Of a DNA stretch of 64,000 nt, positions 36,001 to 49,957 are shown one piece after another. The stretch's first letter is position 1. Each line of letters opens with the position of its first letter. The stretch is from Adineta vaga (lineage: Eukaryota > Animalia > Rotifera). The stretch lies in NCBI GenBank assembly GCA_021613535.1, contig CP075494.1, forward strand, positions 3,410,001-3,474,000, given 5' to 3'. The position numbers were made by a program, and so were the translations under genes. The notes beneath the pieces were generated by a model. That model did no database searches and was not told the origin of the DNA. It saw only the letters and a list, made by a program, of their open reading frames with translations.

Positions 36001-39000
36001 TAAAAGCTAGCCTTTCATATTTACATACAAAGATCTGTAATAAAACTTCTTATATGATTCTCTGCGATTAATGAGATCTTTCCGTCGGGAATAAGTAAAA
36101 AAGTCATTCGTCGAGATTCCAATATGATTCCGACGAAGTACCGAACACACATTTTCAAAAACTTTCTCATGTACTCACCAGAATCAGAAGAACGATCTCT
36201 AGGTAAACACACGCGTAAAGCAATATCATCAATAAGTATATCGTTGCCTACTCCACCAGGAGCATTTGAAATCATCAACAGATTAACGGTGCTGGTTGAA
36301 GCGACGAATGAAATACCATATTTGGTCCATGTTACACTGCTAGCTTCAGGTATGTTGCCTGTTGTGAATTGGGCAAGTAGAGCTTTGTCAGCTGCCGTAC
36401 TTCGAACTTCAAATAATATATTTGGTTGAATACCGGTAATTAACAATGGATTCGCCAAATAAACGGAAAACTCATATCTTTTACCAACAACTAGATTTTG
36501 TATTGTACCATTGAAAAATTGACCAGCATTATAGTCTGCATTTACCAAATACATATATCCACCTTTGTCACCTGTATGATCTCCTGCTACTTCGAGCCAT
36601 GCATCGTATTCGCGACCTCTCTTGATACTATTGAGAAAAGCGAATTGTCCGTCGTTTGGTATCGGTTCGAATTTTTGTTGGTAACTTGTACTAAAACCAA
36701 AGTCGGCAGGTTTTGCTTTCGAATATGCATCAGATCCAGCACCAAATGTGACTGAGAAAACTGGTTTTTCTTGATATGTGGAATCGACATCACACAAGCC
36801 ACTAGATTCTAAACAACACAACGATACAAAGTAAATATTCACGAGACGCCAACAGAAATAAACTTTAACTCACCGATTTCACATGTTGGACCACTGAAAC
36901 CTTCGGGACACGTACACGTATTTTTGCCGGTACATTTTCCTTTGTTTTTACATGCAGGATTGCATACGTTTTCAACTGCACGAGAAGAGAGATAAATATT
37001 GATGAGAAGCAAAATTTACAGAAGTGTGCAACATACTGTTTTCACAAGTTGGACCGCTGAAAGCAACAGGACATGTGCACGTATTTTTACCAGTACACTT
37101 GCCACCATTTTGACATGCGGGAGTACATGCAACGTCGCCTAAAAATGACAGAAAACGTATTATGATGTATTCTGTACAAGGCAAGTGAAACTATTATACG
37201 GTTACATTATCCAAAGTCTGCCAATTCCAATTTAAAGCAACATTCTCGAGATTATGTTTCAACCTCTGCTGTTTTCTCTATTTCTTACATGTGACTTTGG
37301 AGAGGGTAATTCTTCACACCTATGTGGAAACGAGACTCTAGTTTCGATACGATCATGTACAATCGGAATTATACAACACTTCCAAAGCTTCTTCTAGACA
37401 GATCAATGAAGATCATATGCTGAACGATCGAATAGAAAATCATGTATATATACGGGTGTATATGATTTAGTTATATCCAATATCGGGTACCTTTAATGTG
37501 ACTAATAGTTTTTCAAATCTACTCGATTATATAACGAATATTTTCGGACGGTCTCTCCTGTACTGACCTGAGCAACCACGCAATGTAATATCATCAATAA
37601 CAAGATCGTTTCCGATTCCACCAGGAGCATTTGAAATCATCAACAGATTGACGGTGCTTGTTGAGGCGATGAATGATATACCGTATTTTGTCCATGTTAA
37701 AGTCTTGTATTCAGGTATGTCGCCTGTTGATAATTGGGCAAGTAGAGCTTTGTCAGCTGCCGCACTTCGAACTTCGAATAACACATTTGGTTTAATTCCA
37801 CTAATTGCCAAGAGATTGGCCACATAAACGGAGAATTCATATCTTCGGCCAACAACTAGATCTTTGATTGTACCACTGTAAAACTGACCAGTACTATAGT
37901 CTGCATTCACCAAATACATATATCCACCTTTGTCACCTGTATGATCTCCTGTTCCTAAGTGCCATGCAGTACCTTCGCGATCTTTCTGAATGCTATTAAT
38001 GAAAGAGAATTCTCCATCGTTCGCTACAGGAACGAATCGTTGTCGATAAGTTGTACTAAAACCAAAGTCAGAAGGTTTTGCTTTGGAATACTGGTCAGAG
38101 CCAGCGCCAAATGTAATTGAGAAAACTGGCTTCTCTTCGCATGTGTAACGGTCATTCGATAAGCCACTAGATCCTGAGAAACAAAAAAGAGCAGAAAAAG
38201 AACATGAATGTCATCGAAAGGTGAACTAAACTTTTATCTCACCGATTTCACAAGTTGGACCAGTGTAACCATCCGTGCATACACATGTATTTTGAGCACT
38301 ACATTTTCCATTGTTTTGACATGGAGGATTGCATACCTTTTCAGCTGAAGGAGAAGAGTGATAAATATTAACGAGAAGGAAAATTGAAAGAAGTGTGCAA
38401 CATACTGTTTTCACAAGTTGGACCGGTAAAACCAGTGGGACATGTGCATTGATTATTACCAGTACATTTACCATTATTTTGACATTTCGGGGTGCATTGG
38501 ACGTCGGCTAAATGACAGGAGAATTGTTAAGATTAATTAGGTGTAAAAAAAAGCAAGTGAAAGTATTATTCAAGAAGAGTTTTAGATAGCTCGTAACTGA
38601 ATAAGAAACAATATTTTGAAGACAATGTGTGTTCCAGATGCACTCGGTGTATATCTTTCGCGGAATTTTGAAATGAGAGATTCGTGTACCATATGTCGTA
38701 AGAAGGAGATGGAATGGGCGTGAGGTTATCAATCGGAATTTTTCAAAACTTTGTAGACGTGTCCGAGGTAAATCCTGCAAGATTATATGGTCTAGGAGCA
38801 AATAGACAGTCTTCTATATATACGAACTTATAGTTTCCTTCTCTAACTCGTATTTGTACCTCTAATGTGACTAAGACTGTTTCGAATTCTACAAGAATCT
38901 ATTGGAAAGATTTTGCTAAGAGTTACATGTACTAACCTGAACAAGCGCGTAATGCAATGTCATCAATAACAAGATCGTTTCCGATTCCACCAGGAGCATT

Positions 39001-42000
39001 TGAAATCATCAACAGATTGACGGTACTTGTTGAGGCGATGAATGAAATACCGTATTTTGTCCATGTTAAAGTCTTGTATTCAGGTATGTCACCTGTTGAC
39101 AATTGGGCAAGTAGGGCTTTGTCAGCTGCCGTACTTCGAACTTCGAATAACACATTTGGTTTAATCGCTGGAAATGTCATGAGATTGGCCACATAAACGG
39201 AGAATTCATATCTTCGGCCAACAACTAGATCTTTGATTGTACCACTGTAAAACTGACCAGTACTATAGTCTGCATTCACCAAATACATATATCCACCTTT
39301 GTCACCTGTATGATCTCCTGTTCCTAAGTGCCATGCAGTACCCTCGCGATCTTTCTGAAGGCTATTAATGAAAGAGAATTCTCCATCATTCGCTACAGGA
39401 ACGAGTCGTTGTCGATAAGTTGTACTAAAACCAAAGTCAGAAGGTTTTGCTTTGGAATATTGGTCAGAGCCAGCGCCAAATGTAATTGAGAAAACTGGCT
39501 TCTCTTCGCATATGTAACGATCATTCGATAAGCCACCGGATTCTGAGACGAGAAGAAACAAAGACGCAAAATGAACATTAATGACACATCAAAAAGAATA
39601 AACTTTAACTCACGGATTTCACATGTTGAACCACTGAAACCTTCGGGACATATACATTTATTTTGAGCACTACATTTTCCATTGTTTTGACATGGAGGAT
39701 TGCATACCTTTTCAACTGCACGAGAAGAGAGATAAATATTGATGAGAAGCAAAATTGAAAGAAGTGTGCAACATACTGTTTTCACAAGTTGGACCGCTAA
39801 AACCAGTTGGACATGTGCATATATTATTACCAATACATTTACCATTATTTTGACATTTGTTAAAACATTGGATTTCGGCTGAAAAGAGAGTAGAATTTGG
39901 AAGATGAAGTCTGTGAAACAAAGGGAACACTTTATATACTAATTCTTTCCGAAACCTGGGAGTTCCATTGGTAGCAACGCTTTGGAGATTATTTCTTATC
40001 ATATAATATGTGCTCTATTTGCTTCACATGACATTGAAGCGAGAAATTCTTCCGACATATATCAAAGGAAGATCGTAGAAGCTATTCGAGAACAAATGCT
40101 GCACGATCTAATAGAGAATCGTATATAGACACAATCTGTTATTCCCTTGTTATATCTAATGTCTTTACTTTTTATGTGACTAAAATTGCTTTGAGTTTTC
40201 CTCGATTATATTACGTGATTGTGGGAAGTTTTCTCGTATACTAACCTGAACAAGCACGCAATGCAATGTCATCGATAAGAATATCGTTTCCGTCTCCACC
40301 AGGAGCATTTGAAATCATCAACAGATTAACGGTGCTGGTTGAAGCGACGAATGAAATACCATATTTGGTCCATGTTATACTGCTCGCTTCAGGTATGTTG
40401 CCTGTTGTTAATTGGGCAAGTAGAGCTTTGTCAGTTGCCGTACTTCGAACTTCGAATAACACATTTGGTTTAATTCCACTAATTGCCAAAACATTCGCAA
40501 CATAGACGGAGAACTCATATCTTCCGCCAACAACTAGATCTCTTATTGTACCATTGAAAAACTGACCAGCATTATTGTCTGCATTCACCAAATACATATA
40601 TCCACCTTTGTCACCTGTATGATCTCCCGCTACATTGAGCCATGTATCGTATTCGCGACCTTTCTTAATACTACTGATGAAAGAGAATTGTCCATCCCTT
40701 GTAAGTGGTTCGTATCGTTGTTGATAAGTGGTACTAAAACCAAAGTCGGAAGGTTTTGCTTTCGAATATACATCAGAGCCAGCACCAAATGTGACTGAGA
40801 AAACTGGCTTCTCTTCGCATGTGTAACGATCATTCGATAAGCCACCGGATTCTGAGACGAGAAGAAACAAAGACGCAAAATGAACATTAATGACACATCA
40901 AAAAGAATAAACTTTAACTCACGGATTTCACATGTTGGACCACTGAAACCTTCTGGACACGTACACGTATTTTTGCCGGTACATTTTCCATTGTTTTTAC
41001 ATGCAGGATTGCATGTGATACCTTCTGAAACGGCAAGAGAAACCATTAATAAATGTTATGCGTGAATAACATAAAAGGAGAATAGTTACTAGTCTAATAA
41101 GAAAATTCTATTGTTAGATTAAATCAGATTTTGCACGGTTCTTTTGTAACAAACGATTTTTTATAAGATTTCAGAAAAAAATTCCTAACGAAGTCGGTTA
41201 AACTATGGTTACGCGAATCTAGCACAAAATGAGAAGGTATGAACTGTTAAAAACTTTATATAATGTTCTATATGAAAATACTGACTTGTCACTTTGATGT
41301 GAAGAAAGGTCGAATAAAATGTTTCTAATTCATAGAAGAATTATTACTTATTGTAGTAAAAAAGTTGATAAGGGTTCTAATGTAAAAACATATATCCCTA
41401 TTATAAGCTCTATTTGATATGAATTTAGAGTTTTTAGGAAGTATCGATTGAGTTCGATTTGTCAGTTTAGAAGGCTTCTCTTAAAAAAATGATGAACCTG
41501 AGTAAGGGATAAATTGTTTGTCTAAAAGGATTCACATAGAAGCTATTCAAGAATATTTTTCATTATATGAAAAAAAAAACTTCGCGCAACATATAAATCT
41601 AAGATTGTCTTAAGTACAGGGTGTCCCAAAAGTCCTGTCCACTTAAAAAATGTGTTTAACTCCACTATTATACAAGGTTAGTATAATCCTTGTTTTGTTT
41701 TGTTTTAAAGAAGAGAGCGTAGACTTTTTTTTATATAGTACAAAGTTTGTAAATTCCCTTGAAAGGCTATCCTCTCTGGTGACAATATGAAAATTTAGAT
41801 TTTGCTAAAAGTCGAAGACAACCAACAGTTTTCAACAATTTTATCGCTCAGATATCTCGGCCTAAGAAAATAAACAAATTTTGATCTGTTTGCCAAAAAA
41901 TGCACAATGAAAAGCTCTACAAAAACTGCATAAATCAATTCTGTTGATTTGCTATGGTGGCTTTTTCCTTACTCAATATGAGCAACCTATATGGTACAAA

Positions 42001-45000
42001 TATCTGGAGCACTTTTTTTGTTTTGCAAATATCTTGACATAAGAAAAAATTAAAAGCTTAAATTTTGTTGTGAGAGATGCGGCTTCGAAAGCCCTACCTA
42101 AAGTCTATAGCTGCAAACGAAAACGTCTGTCAGGCATTTTTATTCAGCTTTAAAGTAGTAGTACTATGTAGGTTGTTCATATTGTCACCAGAAAGGATAA
42201 CCTTTCAAGAGAGTTGAGACACTTTGTACTATCTAAAAACAATTTCATGCTTTCTTCTTTAAAACAAAAAGAGATTAAACTAAGTTTGTATAGTAGTGGA
42301 GTTAAACACATATTTTAAGTGGGCAGATCTTCTGGGACATTCTGTCTAACTGGCAGTGTAAATATAATCTGTAAATATTCGGAGACATCATATAAAAGAA
42401 ATGTTCGGTCCAACTCTGTTCAAAAGATTACCTTTGCATACCAAGGATAGACCACAACCTGTACTTATATATCCACTTGCACAAGTACATTTCACTGCAT
42501 TTGTGATTGGTTCATGAGAGCAATAAGCATTAGTATTACATCCACCGTTATTGATTTGGCAGAGATCTATTTTTAAAAAAAAGTAAATTGATTCAGATTA
42601 TAATGAACAAATGAACAAACTGATTTTTCGTGCTCACAATCATAGAAACCAATTCAAAATCTGAGACGATTATAGATTAATAGAAATCTTTGAACATAGC
42701 TCATTCTCAAGTTCACTGTTGTTATCATAAAGCAATTTAGTCACAACTCCATAATAATCATTAGAGATGAAGAAGATTCTAGTATTATTCGTTCATATGA
42801 AATTCTAGAACATGCCGTTTTATCTTGCAACTTCCTTTCGATTCCTATTGAACTGGATGAATATGACTAGACTTTCATATGTTTGCAATTGATCATTAAT
42901 TACTGAAAAACACGAACAGTAATGATAAAAATGAAACAGTGATCTGTCTTCATTTTTCGACAATACACGAGAGCTCATTTGTAATAGTAGAACTCAAAGA
43001 ATTAATCTGTCTCTTTTCAAAGCGAAGCGAATACCAATATAAAATCTGGTTGATCCCTCGAAATGATTCAGTATATATGATACATGTTATTTTACAAGAA
43101 CTCCTATCGTACAATACAGTTTCTAAGCATTTGTACATTGTTAAACTCGATAAATTTTTTTTTTATGTGCAGAGTAAATTTCTTACGCTTGATTACCGTT
43201 CATGTGCATCTTTATATCATATTTTCGAAATATCTTAAATCTATAATTTGCTATTATATAATGATATGTAATATAGAATTCTTACTGCATACTATCTAAT
43301 ATTCTAATAAGATTGTATGAATCAATGTTCCGAAGGATCACATTGTACAAAACGTTTTCGTTCTTTTTTCCAATGTTCAGTCGATCTCAACCCTTTCAAG
43401 TTGCTGCACATAGAAGCTGATAAATTTTGAAAAACTTCATCCGAGAAAACTAGAAATCGCCTTAAAAATAGTTTTTATGTCCATTATTCTTCCTAATAAA
43501 CTAATGTTATAGCTGCTAGACAGTTATATCTTAATCTAGTATCGAAGGTCTCAGATATTTTTCAAGTTCTGATTTGTGTTTTGTTATAGGCTAGTTAAAA
43601 CGAAATCTTTACTATCATTTGTAGTTTAAGTAGTTTTATGTGGTAATACCTAAGTTTAGTTTTGAAAGAACTGTTTGTAAACTATGTGCACGGTTCACGT
43701 ACAATGACTGTAGACAAACTACAAGGTTCGAAAAGATACTATTCTAGAAGTATAATAAAATTATTTCAGATAGTGCTATAATGACGAATTTTCTACTATG
43801 ACTAAAATCAATCTCTCCGTGACGGTGTAACGTTTGGTTATATTTGTAATTCATAAGATTCTCGAGATTTTCAGTATTCGATAGGTAAAAACTTTCATAA
43901 ATCTTGTTGACTTATATGAATGAACTCTATTTTGACGAGCTCTGATTTAGTATAAAATTCTACATTAGTGCTATACAAAACGAAAACGCTACGTTCTCGT
44001 TCTGTGGTAGAGAATCTACCTAACTTAACAGAAACTACAATAAAATCCTTTTTTTTATCTATACCCGTCAGTACACAAAAACAGTTATACTAAAACACAA
44101 ATCTACGAATAATTTCCTCTCATGATTCTTTAAAAAAAATATTTCTGCATAACAAAATCTTTCAATGGAACTTTTAATATACTATTTCTCATCAAAAGAC
44201 TGCTTTTTAAAAAGTGTGAAAGCCAACACGAATATATCTTTGATCTTAACTAACTACTTAGCAATTACCGGTGCATTGTACAGCTGAAGCGGAGCCTGTA
44301 TTTCTAAAGCCATTTTTACATGTACATTTGACTGCATAAGTTGCGCATTCATGAGAACAAGCAGCATTAGTATCGCATCCACCATTGTTCACTTTACAGC
44401 TATCTAGAATAGATTTTTTATGAATATTTTCATTGTTTATTTCTGTTAAATGACGACTTCAAATAAATAACATTACCTGTGCAGACTACACTTGTAGAGG
44501 AACCTGTATTTGTATAACCAGTTTTGCAAGTACATGTAACCGTGCCAGTCGTGGAACTTGATGAGCAAACAGAATTTAAAGGGCATCCACCATTATTTAT
44601 GGTGCATTTGGCTAAAAAATATGTAAAACTTTCTTAACTACACGATAAGATGGCATTAGCATCGGTGCATAGAATCATCTCAAGACCAAATTTAGAGATA
44701 ACATGCTAGTCAATCTCTATAACTTAGGATATAAACGAAGGAGTAAACTCATAGATTAATCGATACAATAAAAATCATTCATTCAGAATGAATCATATTA
44801 GAACGAACATGATCGATTTGTTCTTTCCAAACCATCGGTACAACTGTTCCGTGAGAGGTTGAAAAAGAAATGCACTATCGTTTATAGAATTGTATTCTAC
44901 ACATCCCAAGATATAAACATCAATTGTCAGAACAACGGAGAACATTGTATCTTATATCCGCCCACTCTCATAACATAGAGCTGGAAAACAGCACTTTTTA

Positions 45001-45167
45001 CCACGAAATGGAGCCCTTCAGTTCTTGCAAAGGGATACATTCAATTTCTCAAAGATTATTTATACTTGCCTATATTTTTGCTTGTCGGGGAAAGAATTGA
45101 TGGAAGTGCGATTGACAAAGGGTTCTTTCGAACAGTATTTGTGAGTGAAAGATCTGTAAATAAGAAA

Positions 45168-45198
<31 letters not shown>

Positions 45199-45776
45199 AT
45201 ATTTTTTGAAACGATTGACGCGAAAAATTGACAGTAGATCCTCACTCACAACTTCTCAGCAGTATGTATATTATTACAATCTATATCTATGCTATACAGC
45301 AGACGTTTCCCGACACTTTATTGTATAATACCTGAAATAGAACTACTTTTTGTAAAGTAAATCTATGTACAAATGAGTTTCAACGAGAAAAGTAAGAGAT
45401 AGAGATTGACATTTTTTCCTGAGTGCACAACTTCGACAAGGATATCTATAATAAAAATTGGAATAGAAAATGAAGTCTTTCTACACAAAAATCAATAAAT
45501 GACTGTAGATAAATACCTCCAATGTAACTGTATGAAAAGAGAAAGAGATACAGAATAATATTTAATCCAATAGAGCGTCTCAGGCTGTATGAAATAAATT
45601 ATTCATCATCTCTCTGTGAGATACATGTTAGAGAGCTGAAATCTGTTATAGCAGTGGGTAGATCAGAGACTAATATCACATTAAAGAAAAACTGTACAAA
45701 TCGGTTGACAATCGGAAAAGGTATTAAACAAATACAACTAAAAGCTCAGTTCTACTGAAAAATTGTAATTTACTCG

Positions 45777-45807
<31 letters not shown>

Positions 45808-45946
45808 TAATTGTGTTTGGAACAAAGAAAACAAAATGCTATGAGTTATTCATTATCATTTTATACTTACGAGATGTGCATCCATTGAACAAAGCTTGCA
45901 ATGTGAATAGCACCAAAGACCAATGAGTCAAATCAATGGCCAACAT
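27093..45946 (-). CDS. Large secreted mosaic protein: signal peptide, ~25 EGF_3-type and ~7 short EGF modules, 4 bacterial-like beta-sandwich modules, Ser/Thr-rich stalk and basic C-terminal region (multi-exon; could be more than one gene)
   Basis: Signal-peptide exon MLAIDLTHWSLVLFTLQALFNGCTS at 45871-45946 ends in a phase-1 GTAAG donor. The EGF and beta-sandwich exons checked are phase 1-1. There is an S/T-rich exon at ~28560-28879, C-terminal exons at ~27910-28050 and 27191-27528, and a last exon with TAA at 27093. Confidence 0.65.
29328..34959 (-). repeat. Tandem array of 22 single-EGF exons (~135-140 nt exon + ~60-70 nt intron, ~200-nt period)
   Basis: Each exon encodes D.C.vNNGGCd.NA.CSHD..TNAV.CTCK.GFT.SGSG..lvC.G between AG and GT sites. 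Confidence 0.9.
36179..40851 (-). other. Four exons (40246-40851, 38937-39542, 37568-38173, 36179-36808) encoding a ~200-aa Bacteroidetes-like extracellular beta-sandwich domain, alternating with short EGF exons
   Basis: Conserved TFGAG, GDHTGDKGGYMYLVNA, YEFSVY.AN, PN..FEV, TG.IP....TW.KYG..F, SNAPGG.GND..IDDI.LR.C. Exon lengths are 606/606/606/630 nt, all phase 1-1. Confidence 0.8.
41617..42344. mobile_element. Tc1/mariner-type MITE with long TIRs, intronic
   Basis: TA|CAGGGTGTCCCAAAAG...CCACTTAAAA..TGTGTTTAACTCCACTA is mirrored by TAGTGGAGTTAAACACATATTTTAAGTGG...GGGACATTCTG. The inverted match extends to TTGAAAGG.TATCCT.TCTGGTGACAATATGAA. Confidence 0.8.
45165..45199. repeat. (AAAT)n microsatellite
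   Basis: Direct reading. Confidence 0.9.
45777..45802. repeat. (TA)n microsatellite
   Basis: Direct reading. Confidence 0.9.
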
Positions 45947-46795
45947 GATTTTTCAGATTTGTCGATCTTTTCGTAGTAGATTACTATGAATTTAGTACTG
46001 TATTGGCGGAGAGGAAATCGGTGATTTATATAGGAATTTAGTGCGCATTTAACAATAATTAAGAGACAATAAATTAGAAATCTGTTACAATAAATTTCAA
46101 TTATAAACAATGCTACAGATGCTTCATATCTCATATTAAAATAACGTTAATGGTTTTTCATTCAAAATAACGTTTGGGTACTTATAACCCATGTATTTTA
46201 TGGGTTTTTGAATGACGTCGTATATTCAGATTAGTTGCGATGCACCATATTTTGAATTTCAAGTACTTGAGAGGTAACATCACGGGAGTGGCAAATACAA
46301 TAGATAAAATGAAAAGACTCGAAATGACGTAGTCATTTCATTTGTTTGCAAGAATACAATTCATTTCAAAGACATTTATGAAAGATGGCGTTTTTTTTTT
46401 CATTTTCAATAGAGATAAAAACTCATTAAATAATCACAAAAGAAACTCATTTACATACAGAATAGACTAAAAACCATGTAATTGATAAAAAAAATCATAT
46501 ATCTTTATTACGATTTGAGCAAACGAGTAGATTCTTTTTACTGTTAATAGACACATGTTCACACTCCATATATATACGGACAGATATATATTGTTTATTT
46601 GTATATACCTTTTCTGCTCTTGTTCTTTGTTCATACTACCGTATAGAGGATGTTTGAAAAACTTGTTTTCAATTGATAAAACCAGCATATTGGCAATCAA
46701 CATAATCGATTATCTCCATCCTCGTCAAAATCCAGACAAGATCTATAGACTCTATTCATAAGCAAAACGATGTATAGACGGTGAAGAATATATAC

Positions 46796-46867
46796 GCTTC
46801 ACACTGGATTCGAACCAGTGTTGCATTCCCCATACTCTATCTTAGCCATTGTGCTATATGAGAAGTG
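46796..46867 (-). pseudogene. tRNA-derived relic (pseudo-tRNA or SINE head)
   Basis: A-box-like TAGCACAATGG and a perfect T-arm ACTGG-TTCGAAT-CCAGT (B box GGTTCGAATCC). Partial acceptor pairing CTTC/GAAG. No credible anticodon arm. Confidence 0.5.
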
Positions 46868-47339
46868 TTTTTCCTTCTTCTTATAGATCGTTCTTAATTA
46901 CCAATTATCAGCAATGTTTATCAAATAAATATTCAAAAATGACGACATTATATCAGATATGCCTAAATTCATATAATTCACATTAAAATAGAAAATATAG
47001 TTTTCTAAACGATTTGTCGAAGTATAATTTCTATTTTTATTAGTAGAAAAATCTTGTTAACTTTAATAATCGGATGTATTATCAGATTAATGAATTAAAT
47101 GAAGTATCAAGTAAAAAGTAGGTACACGAAGACTAGCATTATAAACAACAACGATGGCATTGATTGATTTTAACAGAAAAATAGGATGTAGATATGGTTC
47201 TCATATATTTATCTATCAATCCCACCTTCACCCACAATCAACGATTACGCGAAAATGCTTTTAAATAAGATAAAAAATCGACATTAACATTTATTTCTTT
47301 TCGTACCATTATATGTAAGAATGAATCAAAGAAAGAAGT

Positions 47340-48570
47340 GAAAAAAATCGACTATTTCTCGACGTTTCGCAGTTACTGATACATCAGCTGCGACTTTGTC
47401 ATGGATTCCATTGGTTACAATTTTAACTAATTCATTATAAGTTTGTTTAGATGGTTTTAAAGGAATTTCTGGAATAAATCTCATTTGTTCTTGTAAAAGT
47501 TCGACTTTTTAATCAGGTATATAACCAGTTAACTTTGTTATTAGATTTCCTGTGCAATTTCGAACATAATTAACAATTGTAAATGGTAGTGATTCGATCA
47601 TGCTAATTCGTAAAGTAACATCAGAAAGTATGATACGACCAGTTAGATGTTATTAATACAGATCCTGGCCATACAATTATATTGATACCTGTCAATGGTT
47701 GTCATTCAATAACATATCTGAATGCACAAAACGACAATTAAAACAGTATAACGATCCAGAAAATTATTTTGGTTCATATTCTTTCCAAATTTCATAAGCT
47801 GAATTCGTCAATAATGTTGTATTAATTGGTTCAACTATTGACATTCCAATCAATTTTGAATGAAAAATTGAATCAAAGGAAGTTAATGATACATGTGAAC
47901 TTGATATCTATATAAATTTTGGATCAAGTACATCGGAATTAAGTATTTCTTGTCGAATTAATCGAGTATAATTTGATTCAGCTCATACAACAACAATTCG
48001 TATTGAACGACGTTTTAATTGTGGTTTTACATTATCTTGAATTTGAAATGTTTTAATATAAGAAATAAGTACATTTGTCACTTGTAAACCATAATTAAGA
48101 AATGTATTTGTGATTGCTTGAGCATCATTTGATCCGAAGGCATCCGATTGACGAATCATTATACAGGATGCCCAATTATATTGAAGAAATAATTTCATAA
48201 TCGCTAACGCAGCAGTATATTATCTGAAGGAACTGTACGATAAAAAGTAAGTTGGATAATTATATATTGATCAGATAAATCAGAATCAGTTGCAGCATAT
48301 GATATCACAGAAATACCGATTATTTCAGTAAAAGGAGTAATAATAATATTAGGTTTACAAGATAAATCTAGATCTATGATATCAAGAATAGTAAATGTTT
48401 TACATGTCCCACTAATAGCATTGGTAATATTTCCACTATAGTTTCAATTGATTGCCATATTCAATATATCCATTGTCGATAGTTATATTATATCGTTGAG
48501 AATAAGTTATTTCAGATATATTTTCTGTATCTTGAAATAATCCTTATAATTGAATATTAGAAGAATTCAT
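47340..48570 (-). pseudogene. Decayed ionotropic glutamate receptor-like gene (ANF/LIVBP N-terminal domain + S1 segment)
   Basis: Fragments ISYAATDSDLSD..YP..YRTVPSD, KLFLQYNWASC.MI.QSDAFG, RISMIESLPFTIV, TGYIPD*, TYNELV..V.NG..D...ADVSVTAKRREIVDF. Many stops and frameshifts. Confidence 0.7.
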
Positions 48571-49957
48571 TGATGATCAACTTGTCATTACATAATTGAA
48601 ACAGAATTCTCTAATGATGAAATAAATCCAAAAATATGCAAATATTATTGTATAATTCTATTTGAAACGATCGTAAGAATAAAATATACTAAAGACTTCT
48701 AATGCATTTATTATTTATATTTATTTGCTTTTGAAAAGAAATAAAAGTAAATAAAACATACACGTATAAAATGCATCAATACTATTAAAATCATAACATA
48801 TTTGACTATTTTGTTTTTGTTTTTATTTTCAAAGATGATGAATATGTATCTTTGAAAAAACTTTTCATTCTATATACTCTTTATGTATATTAATTATTAA
48901 CTCGACTTAAAAGAAAATCATTTTGTATTTGTTTTGGTAAGTTTAGAGCCGAAAGCAATCGATTATAATCCTTGAATAAGAAAAGTTATTATTATTCACT
49001 TGCACAAACTTATTATGTCTAAAACTATGTTCAAATATTTTATTAAGAAAAGAAAAAGAAAAAATATTTTTATCGTATATTTGCAAAAACATTTAATTCG
49101 ATGTTTTTTACAGCTGTAAAATTCGTTTCATCTGTTGTATTATATTCAAGACCAACAACGAATACTATATCAATTGATTTAGTATCACGCTCAGTCCATT
49201 GACAAAATGACCAATTGAAATAATTGTTTGAATTTGATAAATTCGTATTGGAAAGAGGTGATAATACTATGATGAGAATTATAAAACAAAATGTAATATT
49301 TCTTTATTATTTACTTTCTGTGATGGGTGTGAAACGATAGGACCAAGAATTTAGTACATTCAAACTAATATTAATCATGATATTTTTGCTTCTATGAAAT
49401 TGAAATGACAAATAATAATAAAAGTCTTTAGAAAAACAATGTTTATATTGAATTCTAATGTATTAATTGTTTGTATCATAGTTGTTTTATTAATACCTGT
49501 AAAAGAAGAATTTCTTATTTGAATATATTCAGATGTAATATTCGATCCAAATACAATCCTTGTGATGTATCACCATTTATTAAATTATTTTTATTTCTTA
49601 TAAATGTTCCATTTGGACGAAGGGCCGATTTCATCGCTTATCGTTACCCCTCATTTTAACTAATTTTTTATGTGCTTAATTATGATCATAAATCATTCCA
49701 AAGACTTCATCAATGCAAGAGTCATTTATGTCACTTTAAATAACACGAACTCATTTCAACCCACGAAAACTACGTTAAATCAAAAAAGCTCACTTTCAAT
49801 TATTAAAAACTACTTTCACTCTTATTTTTATATGTAAGTTCCACCAAATATTTGATTTTCAATGCATGCTCACTCTCAAGTTGTTAGAAATTTGTAACTG
49901 GTTTGCAGGTCTTTATCAGTTCCTTTTGTTTTTTATGTCGTTATCATCCACAAAAAA

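Noticed and set aside
49070-49660. Minus-strand stretches that look exon-like (..NWSFCQWTERDTKSIDIVFVVGLEY..)
   Set aside because: No start, family motif or consistent gene model could be built.
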